A stretch of 64,000 nt of DNA, taken from assembly GCA_964519505.1 (NCBI GenBank), contig CAZFJX010000001.1:15543-79542 (forward strand), in the 5' to 3' direction. Positions within the stretch are counted from its first letter, which is position 1; every line of letters starts with the position of its first letter. This document shows positions 54,357 to 63,095 of this stretch, one piece after another. This DNA is from an uncultured Desulfurococcales archaeon (lineage in GTDB: Archaea; Thermoproteota; Thermoprotei_A; Sulfolobales; CAZFJX01). Both the position numbers and the translations under genes were made by a program. The notes under the pieces are model-generated. The model was not told where the DNA came from. It was given only the letters and a program-made list of their open reading frames with translations, and made no database searches.

Positions 54357-54455
54357 CCACTAAGGACTTGAAACAAAAAACTAATTCACTTTTAACATAC
54401 CTAGAGAGCCCCTTAGACACCCTAGTACTTAACTTAAAACTCTATTTTAATGTTG

Positions 54456-54815
54456 TTATCTTTCCTCGATAAATACTATATTCTCTGGTGATATGCCGAA
54501 GTCATTAACTAATATATACTTTATCCTGTGCCTATGGTCTCCTTGAATCTCTATCCTACCTTCCTTATACGTACCTCCAGCAGCTAGTTTTGACTTAAGG
54601 TAAGAAGCTATTTTCTTGAGGTCGTAAGAAGAGTCGAAACCCTCGATAATGGTTACTTCCCTACCGAACTTCCTTTTCTCTACCTTGATCTTTATAACTT
54701 GTTGTTCAGCAGTTAATTGCTGGCATAGCTCTGGTGGTAAACCGCCACAGAGGCTCTCTAATTCCTTTGAGAGTAGGTCTATACCACTTAAATCACGTTT
54801 ACTTTGCTTACCCAT
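54456..54815 (-). CDS. sui1: translation initiation factor aIF1 (SUI1)
   Basis: [19 protein letters not shown]...[23 protein letters not shown] is the SUI1 domain pattern. Confidence 0.9.
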   Translation of the reverse strand: MGKQSKRDLSGIDLLSKELESLCGGLPPELCQQLTAEQQVIKIKVEKRKFGREVTIIEGFDSSYDLKKIASYLKSKLAAGGTYKEGRIEIQGDHRHRIKYILVNDFGISPENIVFIEER

Positions 54816-54947
54816 TATCCACCCTACGTCAATAACCTCATAATATAACTACCTTATAAGCCTTTCGCTAATAGCTATATAAATACCTTCAGCATCAAGG
54901 ATAGATTTATAAGGTACCAATACTCAGATACCCTAGCAGGTGATAGC

Positions 54948-55124
54948 ATGTTCGAACCAAGTAACCTTAGCGAAGTAACAATGAAGTATAAGTGCTTCAT
55001 ATGTGGTCAGGAATTTGATGCTGAGAAATTAACGTTGATGCACGGTCCTAGATGCCCTTACTGTGGTAGTAAGATCGTTGTTAAGATAAGGATTGAAGGT
55101 ATTAAAAGGGTTAAAGCTGTCTAA
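54948..55124 (+). CDS. rpoP: DNA-directed RNA polymerase subunit P (Rpo12)
   Basis: Not in the ORF track because it is under 60 aa. Translates to ...MKYKCFICGQEFDAEKLTLMHGPRCPYCGSKIVVKIRIEGIKRVKAV, with the CxxC...CxxC zinc ribbon typical of RpoP. The start is ATG 54948 or, more likely, ATG 54981. Confidence 0.8.
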   Translation: MFEPSNLSEVTMKYKCFICGQEFDAEKLTLMHGPRCPYCGSKIVVKIRIEGIKRVKAV

Positions 55125-56028
55125 CTAACTCACCACCCTTACCCTTAGCAATATATATGTATGAGGCTAATTCATTAATTATCTTAGCAGCCAAGACACT
55201 AGTTATTCCTGAGGGATCTATAGGAGGTACTACCTCAACTATATCAAAGCCCCATACAGACTCATTAATTACTTCAGAAAGAAGGTTAAGTAGATATGTT
55301 GGTGATAAACCCTCAGGCTCAGGGTTAGCTACTCCGGGAGCATAAGCTGGATCTATAACATCTATGTCTATAGAGACGTATACATTTTCACATCCTCTTA
55401 AGAACTTCCTAACGTTATTAACTACATCCATAAAGCTAAGACCTTGACACATAAGTGATGTTAAGTACTTAATACCGCTTTTTCTAATGTAATCAACTTC
55501 CTCACTACATAATGCTCTTAACCCAATAATGAAAACCTTATCGGGGCCTACGATCTCTACTAACCTCCTTAAGGTACATGCATGACTTAACTTATACCCT
55601 AAGTACTCATCTCTTAAATCGGCATGCGCATCAAAATAAAGTACACATGTAGGTTTCTTAAAACCACGCAGGATACCATAAGTTATTATATGCTCACCGC
55701 CTAAGGCTATAAGTACCTTACCCTCATTAACTATATCTTCAACCACGTACTCTAACCTCTTCATAACCTCATAAACATCGCCATGCACAACTGCTAAGTC
55801 ACCCTCATCATATATAGGGACTCTCTCCATATCTAAGCCGGATCTAAGTGAGTATAACTCAATATTCTGTGATGCCTCTCTAACACGTTGAGGGGCAAAT
55901 CTAGAGCCTGGTCTATAAGATGATGTTGAATCGAAGGGAACGCCAATAAGTGAAAATATGCTATCCTCCCTCCTGCACTCAACACCATTAAAGACGTAAG
56001 GGTTCCTTAATAGGTAAAGTTCCTTCAT
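55111..56028 (-). CDS. speB: agmatinase (arginase/ureohydrolase family)
   Basis: GGEH, DAHADL and SIDIDVIDP motifs of the binuclear-Mn ureohydrolases. Confidence 0.85.
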   Translation of the reverse strand: MKELYLLRNPYVFNGVECRREDSIFSLIGVPFDSTSSYRPGSRFAPQRVREASQNIELYSLRSGLDMERVPIYDEGDLAVVHGDVYEVMKRLEYVVEDIVNEGKVLIALGGEHIITYGILRGFKKPTCVLYFDAHADLRDEYLGYKLSHACTLRRLVEIVGPDKVFIIGLRALCSEEVDYIRKSGIKYLTSLMCQGLSFMDVVNNVRKFLRGCENVYVSIDIDVIDPAYAPGVANPEPEGLSPTYLLNLLSEVINESVWGFDIVEVVPPIDPSGITSVLAAKIINELASYIYIAKGKGGELVRQL

Positions 56029-56126
56029 CTACTATACCCTCATACCATAATGTACGGAGTAAACTTAAAATGTTAGTATATCAATAACACAGTAGGACCC
56101 TCAAATAACCCTTAAGGTGTTAATCA

Positions 56127-57869
56127 TTGAGTATAGGGAAGTTAGCTGATAAATACGAGAAAATAGTTAACCTAGCATTAAGAAGAGGGTTCTTCTGGCC
56201 GTCGTATGAGATTTACGGTGGTGTTGGAGGTCTCTATGACTTAGGTCCCTTAGGCGCATCACTTAAGAAGAATATAGTTGAGAAGTGGCGTGAGTGGTTC
56301 ATAATTAAGCACCAGGATTATGTAGTTGAAATTGAGACACCTATGATAGCCCCAGCTAAAGTCTTTGAGGCCAGCGGGCATGTGGAGCATTTTACGGATC
56401 CCATAGTTGAGTGCTCAAAATGTGGAAGGGTCTTTAGGGCTGATAAGTTAGTTGAGGAGAAATTAGGGGTACTGGCTGAAGGACTTAAGCCCGATGAGTT
56501 AAGCAAGTTAATCAAGGAGCATGACCTAAAGTGCCCGGAATGTGGCGGAGCTTTAGGTGACGTTAGGTTATTTAACCTGCTCTTCCAGACAACTATAGGA
56601 CCTATTAAAGGTAATGTAGGTTACTTAAGACCTGAAGCGGCGCAGGGGATGTTCACTGCTTTCAAGAGAGTTTATGAGGTTATGAGAAACAAGATACCTA
56701 TAGGTATAGCCCAAATAGGCAGAGTTGCTAGGAATGAAATATCCCCAAGGCAAGGTATGATTAGGTTAAGGGAGTTCACCATAATGGAGGTTGAATTCTT
56801 CTTCGATCCTGAAGAACCCGAATGCCCACTGCTAGATAAGTACATGAATACAACCCTAAGGATACTTCCAGGCAAGTATAAGGTTAAAGGTAGGAAGGAA
56901 CCTATTGTGATTAAAGTTAAGGATGCTCTCAAGGAAGGCCTCATAGTTAATCAATGGTTAGCTTATTGGCTCGTAATATCTAAGGAATTCGTTAAGGACT
57001 TAGGCATACCCGAAGAGAACATGTTTTTTGAGGAAAAATTACCACATGAACGTGCTCATTACTCATCACAGACATTTGACCAGTTAGTTAAGGTAAGCCG
57101 TTGGGGATGGATTGAAGTTTCAGGACACTCGTACAGAGGCGATTACGACCTATCGGGACATATGAAATATAGTAAGGTAGATCTAACGGTATTTAAGAAA
57201 TATAAAGTACCCAAGGAGATCATTGAGAAGAAAGTTGAGGTAGATAAAGCCATGATACTTAAAACATTTAAGAAGGATGAAGTACCTAAGGTGTTTAGGC
57301 TATTATCTAAGATTTCTAAGGAGGAGCTAATTAAGCTGGTAGAGAGTCCTCAAAAGGTCATTAAGTTAGATGATATTGAGGTACCTAGGGAAGTTATTAA
57401 GGTCGTGACCGTGACTAAGAAGATTCATGGAAAGAAATACGTTCCGCATGTTGTTGAGCCTTCCTTTGGTGCCGAAAGACTTGTTTATGTCGTGTTAGAG
57501 TACGCGTATACTGAGGAGGCTGATAGGGTAGTGCTTAAGATAAGACCTGACCTAGCACCAATTAAGGTTGCTGTATTCCCATTAGTTAATAAGAAGGAGT
57601 TAGTTCGTATTGCTTACAGGATATATAAGGACCTAATGGATGAAGGGTTTACGGTCATGTACGACGATTCAGGCAGTATAGGTAGGAGGTACGCAAGAGC
57701 TGATGAGGTAGGGGTACCTTATTCAGTAACCGTAGATTATCAGACACTTGAGGATAACACAGTGACCATACGATATAGGGACGATAAGGAACAAGAGCGT
57801 ATAAAGATAGATAAGTTAATTAATAAGATTCATGAACTGATAAGAAGTAAGAGGTGTTGCTTAAGTTAA
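56127..57869 (+). CDS. glyS: glycyl-tRNA synthetase (archaeal/eukaryal-type class II)
   Basis: RRGFFWPSYEIYGG..G.YDLGPLG, FRNEISPR-like (ARNEISPRQG) and GAERL motifs. About 580 aa. Confidence 0.9.
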   Translation: MSIGKLADKYEKIVNLALRRGFFWPSYEIYGGVGGLYDLGPLGASLKKNIVEKWREWFIIKHQDYVVEIETPMIAPAKVFEASGHVEHFTDPIVECSKCGRVFRADKLVEEKLGVLAEGLKPDELSKLIKEHDLKCPECGGALGDVRLFNLLFQTTIGPIKGNVGYLRPEAAQGMFTAFKRVYEVMRNKIPIGIAQIGRVARNEISPRQGMIRLREFTIMEVEFFFDPEEPECPLLDKYMNTTLRILPGKYKVKGRKEPIVIKVKDALKEGLIVNQWLAYWLVISKEFVKDLGIPEENMFFEEKLPHERAHYSSQTFDQLVKVSRWGWIEVSGHSYRGDYDLSGHMKYSKVDLTVFKKYKVPKEIIEKKVEVDKAMILKTFKKDEVPKVFRLLSKISKEELIKLVESPQKVIKLDDIEVPREVIKVVTVTKKIHGKKYVPHVVEPSFGAERLVYVVLEYAYTEEADRVVLKIRPDLAPIKVAVFPLVNKKELVRIAYRIYKDLMDEGFTVMYDDSGSIGRRYARADEVGVPYSVTVDYQTLEDNTVTIRYRDDKEQERIKIDKLINKIHELIRSKRCCLS

Positions 57870-57945
57870 TTTAAGTATTTCGCATCATTCAAATAACCTT
57901 TATTCCCCTTCACGTATTAATTATCATGGATAAGGTGTATAGGTT

Positions 57946-58317
57946 ATGAGTAAGTCCTCAGAGAGTGAAAAGGGAGGGGAAAGGAAGATAGACATTAAAG
58001 CATTAGTTGCTGTTATACCTCCAGCCTCGCAAGTACTTGGTAGACATCAAAAGAAAATAATACCTGAAAGACGTATCAGAATTAGGTTATCTGAGGATGT
58101 TGAAAGAGATAAAGCTAAGATCAACCCATCACTAGCTAAGGAGTTAGGTATTAAGGATAAGTTGGTCATCGTTGTTGCTGGTAGGAAAAGATTCGTGTTT
58201 AATGCGGTACTTGATGATTTAGTAAAGGTTAATGAAGCCTACGTAAATGCCGAGTTAATGAAGGATAACGGCATAGCCGACAATAGTATAGCAACCATTA
58301 GGAGGGTAGGTAGTTAA
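57946..58317 (+). CDS. small protein resembling a stand-alone CDC48/VAT N-terminal (double-psi barrel-like) domain
   Basis: RIRLSEDVERDKAKINPSLAKELGIKDKLVIVVAGRKR...AYVNAELMKDNGIADNSIATIRR mirrors the LRV..a...g.aridp..m..LG...GD.v.i.G pattern of VAT-N. Recall only. Confidence 0.35.
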   Translation: MSKSSESEKGGERKIDIKALVAVIPPASQVLGRHQKKIIPERRIRIRLSEDVERDKAKINPSLAKELGIKDKLVIVVAGRKRFVFNAVLDDLVKVNEAYVNAELMKDNGIADNSIATIRRVGS

Positions 58318-58739
58318 TGTCTAGAATTGAAGGAGCCATACATGGGCTAAGCGTTAATGCTAAGGAAAGGGAAAGGGTCTTAAGGAGGTTAAGGAAAGCT
58401 ATACGTGAGAGCTTAAGAGATAACGAGTTAAAGGCTGATGTCAAGGCATCTTTTACTCAATTGAGGGAGCTTAGGAGCTACTTAAGTAAAGCACTTCAGT
58501 TAGCTATTGACTCATGTAAGGAGGCAAGTGAGGAATGCCTAGATCTAAAGACGTTACTAGAGTTTAATGCTTTGATATCTCTCGATAAGGAGGAGGAATT
58601 ACTCTTGAAGTTAATGAAGCTAGTTAAGAGCGAGAAAGGTGGGGTCCTAAGGCAGTTAATTAGCGATCTAAAAAATGACCTAAGAGATATTGATGAATTA
58701 AAGAAGAAGGTTCTTAGTTATTTAGAGCAAGCGCCTTAA
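58317..58739 (+). CDS. coiled-coil protein, unknown function
   Basis: 140 aa, highly charged and helical. The ATG overlaps the upstream TAA (TAATG). Confidence 0.35.
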   Translation: MSRIEGAIHGLSVNAKERERVLRRLRKAIRESLRDNELKADVKASFTQLRELRSYLSKALQLAIDSCKEASEECLDLKTLLEFNALISLDKEEELLLKLMKLVKSEKGGVLRQLISDLKNDLRDIDELKKKVLSYLEQAP

Positions 58740-58796
58740 CCTCTTAACCATTGAATAAAGTATTTAACCCCAATCTCTTAATACCTCACGGAGATA

Positions 58797-59492
58797 GTGA
58801 TAGTCATGGCTGAGGAATACATAAGGCCTGGATCTGCCACTTCAGAAACAATAGCTGAGATGAACTTAATTGAAACTATAAGAAATATACTTAGGGATTT
58901 AACTACACCTGTAAGGGAGTTTAATGATGCAATTATAGATTTTGAAGAGGGTAGATATGAAGCTGTTAAGGTTAGGTATGCTAGAGTTAGAAATAGAAAG
59001 AATGAAATTGAGGACAATGTAATTAAATCAACTGAATACATGATTAGAGTAGGCCCAGGTCTCTTATTCAAGGACATATATGCCAACATATTATCAGCGC
59101 TTAACGCCGCCGTTGAACGCGTTGAGGCGTTCATGTATAGGCTTTACTTACTAACCACGTTCAATAAGATTAGGTTTGGTGATGAGATAGTAAGTAATGT
59201 CCAGGAGATGATTAAGATAGTTCTTCAGCAAATAGAAAGTGCCGATATAATGCTTACTTACGTAGCCTCAAACCCGAAGAGAGCCGTTAATGAGTACTTA
59301 AAGAGCGTTAAGCTTGAAGATACGTTAGATGACGTATATAGAGCCGTTAGTATAAGCGTCCTTAAGGCATTCACAACCAATGTAGCCGTGCTTATGTTGG
59401 TTAAGGAGATGATTGATAAGATTGAGGACTTAGGTGACATACTTAAGAGCATAGCGACTCAACTCCACTATATAGCGCTACATAAGGTATAG
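58797..59492 (+). CDS. DUF47/PhoU-like helical protein
   Basis: Two-repeat helical layout with acidic E-x-x-x-D-type segments (RKNEIEDNVIKS...; VKLEDTLDDVYRAV...IDKIEDLGDIL), reminiscent of DUF47. Confidence 0.45.
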   Translation: MIVMAEEYIRPGSATSETIAEMNLIETIRNILRDLTTPVREFNDAIIDFEEGRYEAVKVRYARVRNRKNEIEDNVIKSTEYMIRVGPGLLFKDIYANILSALNAAVERVEAFMYRLYLLTTFNKIRFGDEIVSNVQEMIKIVLQQIESADIMLTYVASNPKRAVNEYLKSVKLEDTLDDVYRAVSISVLKAFTTNVAVLMLVKEMIDKIEDLGDILKSIATQLHYIALHKV

Positions 59493-59499
59493 ACACGCA

Positions 59500-60057
59500 A
59501 TGGAGAAATTTCACATTAAGGGTTTCTTAGTAGGTTCACGTATATTAATCTTCGATGAGGCTTGGGCTAAGAAGCTTTATGAATTAGGTGTTTACGGTAA
59601 GCCATTCGGCATTAGGAAACCAAAGAGTGTTGAAGATGTTAAAGCACCTCTTGAACTATCCATAGTAGAGGCTACTTACCTTGTTGAGAAAGGGGTTATG
59701 AAGGTATTTAGAGGTGATGGTAGTGAGGTTGGTGTTAATGACTTACTTGAGATAGGTAGGAAAGTCATACCTAATTTTGATGATCTATACATAGTCTATA
59801 AAGACCTAAGGGAGAGAGGGTTTATAGTCAGGTCAGGCCTCAAGTTTGGCGCCGATTTCGCCATATATACTGAAAGGCCTGGAGTTCAACACGCGCCATA
59901 CCTCATTAAGGTATTTAAGGGTTTTGATAAGGTGGACCCGATAGATCTAGTAGGTTTGGGTAGGTTGTCTCATAGTGTTAGGAAGAGGCTTATACTAGCA
60001 GTAATAACCCCTAGTAACGAGATTAAGTACGTAATGCTTAAATGGGTTAAAATGTAG
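59500..60057 (+). CDS. endA: tRNA-splicing endonuclease, catalytic subunit
   Basis: VYKDLRERGFIVRSGLKFGADFAIY...HAPYLIKV matches the conserved catalytic C-terminal domain (Y/H/K region) of EndA. About 185 aa. Confidence 0.85.
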   Translation: MEKFHIKGFLVGSRILIFDEAWAKKLYELGVYGKPFGIRKPKSVEDVKAPLELSIVEATYLVEKGVMKVFRGDGSEVGVNDLLEIGRKVIPNFDDLYIVYKDLRERGFIVRSGLKFGADFAIYTERPGVQHAPYLIKVFKGFDKVDPIDLVGLGRLSHSVRKRLILAVITPSNEIKYVMLKWVKM

Positions 60058-60065
60058 TTATACAT

Positions 60066-60095
60066 AAGGAATGGTCATAATGGGTTTCATTCCTT
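60066..60095. repeat. hairpin AAGGAATG-N14-CATTCCTT between endA and the next ORF
   Basis: The 8-bp arms were read directly. It is followed at once by AAGGAGG and the GTG start at 60102. Confidence 0.7.
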
Positions 60096-60101
60096 AAGGA
60101 G

Positions 60102-60548
60102 GTGTTCATTTTGCAAGAAGGTAGCTCACCTTATTATAGACGCCATCCTCCTAGAGGTAGGGATATAAAGGGATTTAAAGAGTTTAGAAGAGGCCCTAGG
60201 CACTTCATTGAGGCTAAGCCATTACCTATAGGTGAGTTCTGTAATTCCCTATGCCCATTCTTTAAGTGTGCTAAAGGCGCTTTAGTCTTTGGCAGTAAGG
60301 TCATTAAAGGCAGGCCGCAGAAGGTTGCCTATTGTAGGTGGGTTGGTGATGTATGCCTAGGGTATAAGTGCCAATTCGCCATGTGTGAGAGGAGAGCCTT
60401 ACTACCTAATGGTAAATGTGCTTACGCCATTAAGTTTAAGGATGAGAGTGAAGAGATGTTTAAGGAAATTGAGAAAAGCGATTACGATACCAAGGTCAAG
60501 AGCATTCTGAGCCGAAAAGTTGGACGCAAAGATATGATGGCTGAGTAG
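60102..60548 (+). CDS. Cys-rich basic protein, unknown function
   Basis: 148 aa with at least 9 Cys between residues 47 and 106 (CNSLCPFFKC...CRWVGDVCLGYKCQFAMC...GKC). The 3' end overlaps the convergent ubiX by 53 nt. Confidence 0.4.
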   Translation: MFILQEGSSPYYRRHPPRGRDIKGFKEFRRGPRHFIEAKPLPIGEFCNSLCPFFKCAKGALVFGSKVIKGRPQKVAYCRWVGDVCLGYKCQFAMCERRALLPNGKCAYAIKFKDESEEMFKEIEKSDYDTKVKSILSRKVGRKDMMAE

Positions 60549-61185
60549 GTACCTCACCCCTCCATCTCCTATATAGGTCATGCTTTATACCTAAAACATC
60601 AAGTACCTTACCCACCACGAAGTCTATGAGGTCTTTTAGGTCCTTAGGGTTATGGTAGAAGGCGGGCATTGCAGGTATAAGTACAGCACCGGCCTTAACT
60701 ACTTCAAGCATGTTACGTAATTCGATATAACCCAAAGGGGTCTCTCTAGGGACTAATACAAGTTTCTTACCAAGTCTTAAAGTATTGAGGGCAACCCTCA
60801 CTATCAGGTTCACAGCATTACCGTTAGCTATATTGGTTAGTGTTCTTATGGAGCACGGGACTATTACCGTAGCTTCAATATCTACTAAATTACTTGACGA
60901 GGCCAGAGGGCTGGTAACGTCATCCTCTGCATATATCTCAAGGCTTCTTGACCTGATCATCTTTAAAAATACGTCTTTAGCCGTTAACTCAGCCTCAGCA
61001 ACGTTTAGTGCAGCCTTGCTATAGATAGTAATTACTTCATGACCAGCGCCACTTAAGAAATCTATAAGCCTTAAACCATAGATAATCCCGCTAGCGCCTG
61101 TTAAGCATGTAACAAACCTCACCCAACCACCAAATAGTAATTCACGGTCATAATAAATATAAGAGTCTGTAACATAAATCCACAC
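60496..61185 (-). CDS. ubiX: flavin prenyltransferase UbiX/Pad1
   Basis: FVTCLTGASGIIYGLRL, VIVPCSIRTL and LVLVPRETP motifs. The probable true start is GTG at 61122 (VRFVTCL). Confidence 0.85.
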   Translation of the reverse strand: MWIYVTDSYIYYDRELLFGGWVRFVTCLTGASGIIYGLRLIDFLSGAGHEVITIYSKAALNVAEAELTAKDVFLKMIRSRSLEIYAEDDVTSPLASSSNLVDIEATVIVPCSIRTLTNIANGNAVNLIVRVALNTLRLGKKLVLVPRETPLGYIELRNMLEVVKAGAVLIPAMPAFYHNPKDLKDLIDFVVGKVLDVLGIKHDLYRRWRGEVPTQPSYLCVQLFGSECS

Positions 61186-61248
61186 GATGATGAAGCTCGA
61201 AAGGACAGATCAATGAAGAACCCGCGCAGGACTGAACCAAATTAAAAC

Positions 61249-61255
61249 TTATAAA
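61249..61255 (+). promoter_or_regulatory. TATA box (TTATAAA) for tRNA-Thr
   Basis: Centred about 31 nt upstream of the tRNA 5' end. Confidence 0.4.
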
Positions 61256-61282
61256 GCAACTCAATTACATAATCTAACGAGA

Positions 61283-61371
<89 letters not shown>

Positions 61372-61466
61372 TAAACATCCCTAATTGATTTAGGTAGTCA
61401 TTGAGATAAAAAGAGATTTATTTACTTTATGTTTCGGATTACTTAACGATAGTTTTAAATAAGTTA

Positions 61467-61829
61467 ATGGTTCTTTTTGTCCCAGGGATTATGGCTACAT
61501 GCCCTGCTTGTGATAGGGAGATCCCCCAAGATGCTAGGTATTGCCCTTATTGCGGTATAAGGCTAAACGATAGTGATGAGGCTATAAATATATATCTACT
61601 CCGTGAGGAAATCGCTGAGACTAGGCATATGGAGGTTATAGCTGTTTTAGGCATCCTCATGAGCGTAGTTATAGTGTTTGTTGGGTGCGTGTTAATTAGT
61701 TCCGTAGAGACCCAGTTAATTGCCGGCTTAGTAGCCCTCACAATATTCCTTACTTCATTAACCATATACATACATAACAACCTCAAGAGGAAACGTCTTT
61801 TGGGGAAGTTAAGGCAATTAAGGAGCTGA
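61467..61829 (+). CDS. zinc-ribbon membrane protein
   Basis: N-terminal CPACD...YCPYCG ribbon followed by two hydrophobic helices. 120 aa. Confidence 0.45.
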   Translation: MVLFVPGIMATCPACDREIPQDARYCPYCGIRLNDSDEAINIYLLREEIAETRHMEVIAVLGILMSVVIVFVGCVLISSVETQLIAGLVALTIFLTSLTIYIHNNLKRKRLLGKLRQLRS

Positions 61830-61922
61830 TTAAGGAGATTTACGTAAGCCACAACCACGGTAATAGCTGCTCTTGATTTACGTAAAGAGTTTTAAGTGCC
61901 TTGTTCAGTAATTATTTACGGT

Positions 61923-62012
61923 GCCGCCGTAGCTCAGCGGGTTAGAGCGCCGGACTCATACGGTGGGGCCTGGGATATCCGGAGGTCCGGGGTTCGAAGC
62001 CCCGCGGCGGCA
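61923..62012 (+). tRNA. tRNA with CAU anticodon (elongator Met, or Ile2 if C34 is agmatinylated) with 16-nt intron at 37/38
   Basis: GCCGCCG acceptor (G1:C72, so not an initiator), CCGGA/TCCGG anticodon stem, loop CUCAUA|A, intron 61961-61976 (CGGTGGGGCCTGGGAT) forming a canonical BHB (CUCA:UGGG helix), T arm CGGGGTTCGAAGCCCCG, A73, no encoded CCA. Confidence 0.9.
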
Positions 62013-62027
62013 CTACCTTCACTTAAC

Positions 62028-63017
62028 ATGGTGTTTTATTTGGTGTCTTTAGGTAGGTTGGGTGAGAAGGGCTTTATTCTTAATTACATCTCTAAGCACT
62101 TAAGTCGTGATGTCTTACTTGATGATGCTTACTATGTTAGGGTTGCTTCAGGTGATTACTTAGTTCTTAAAGTTGATGGTTTTTCGTTAAGGTCTGCAAA
62201 GTACCCATGGATGGATTACTATGATGTTGGGTGGAAGGTAGTTACTTCGGTAGTGAGTGATTTAGTGGCTAAGTATGCAACCCCTAAGTACGTACTCGTA
62301 TCTATAGGGCTTAATCGCGGGAGAAGCGTTAGCGAGGCTGAAGACTTGATTAGTGGTGTAAGTGACGCCTGTAGATACTATGGGGCTTCACTAGTTGGTG
62401 GCGATACTAACGTTAGTGAAGGTGATGAGTGGGTTGATGCCGTGGCTGTAGGTACATCGCCAAACCCCATACCGATACGTGCTAAGGATCCAGGGGACTA
62501 CATAATCATAGTGGGTGAATACGGGGTTACTGGACTTGCTTATGAATTATATGTTAGGGATGTAAAGAAACTACCTAATAAGGTAATCGAGGTAACTAAA
62601 AGACCCAAAGCAAGGGTTGAACTACTTAATGTATTTACAAAGTTCCGTGACTGCATATGTGTGTCAACAGACGTTAGTGACGGATTAGCTGAGGCTCTTC
62701 ATAGGTTAAGTACTATAAACGAAGTGAGCATAACCATAAATGAATTACGCATACCTAAGGAGGTTAGGGCTATGATTAAAAACTTAGGTCTAGACCCTAT
62801 GGATGTGGCATTAAGGGGCGGTGAGGAGTTTGAGGTTATATTCACGACTAAGGCCGAGTGTTTAGATGGGTTAATTAATGAGTTAAGGAGGTTCAATATA
62901 CCATTCACGATAGGTGTCTTAAGGAGAGGTATGCATAAGGTAATTGTTAATAGTCGTAAGGTACCTTACGTAGGTTGGGATAACTACTTAGGGTATACCA
63001 CCATAGAAACTAAGTAA
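62028..63017 (+). CDS. thiL: thiamine-monophosphate kinase (AIR-synthase-related fold)
   Basis: LGEKGFI...LLDDAYYV...LVLKVDGF...VGGDTN pattern. The tracked ORF start at 61896 runs through the tRNA gene, so ATG 62028 is used instead. Confidence 0.7.
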   Translation: MVFYLVSLGRLGEKGFILNYISKHLSRDVLLDDAYYVRVASGDYLVLKVDGFSLRSAKYPWMDYYDVGWKVVTSVVSDLVAKYATPKYVLVSIGLNRGRSVSEAEDLISGVSDACRYYGASLVGGDTNVSEGDEWVDAVAVGTSPNPIPIRAKDPGDYIIIVGEYGVTGLAYELYVRDVKKLPNKVIEVTKRPKARVELLNVFTKFRDCICVSTDVSDGLAEALHRLSTINEVSITINELRIPKEVRAMIKNLGLDPMDVALRGGEEFEVIFTTKAECLDGLINELRRFNIPFTIGVLRRGMHKVIVNSRKVPYVGWDNYLGYTTIETK

Positions 63018-63095
63018 CTAATCAACTAGGTTTAAGGGTAAGTTACTAATTTTTAAATAGTTCATCTTAATTATATTAATCAGTAGGCGGTGTTA

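Noticed and set aside
61896-62027. N-terminal 44 codons of the tracked ORF 61896-63017.
   Set aside because: This segment runs straight through the tRNA(CAU) gene (61923-62012) and translates its GC-rich sequence. The ThiL-like homology starts at ATG 62028.
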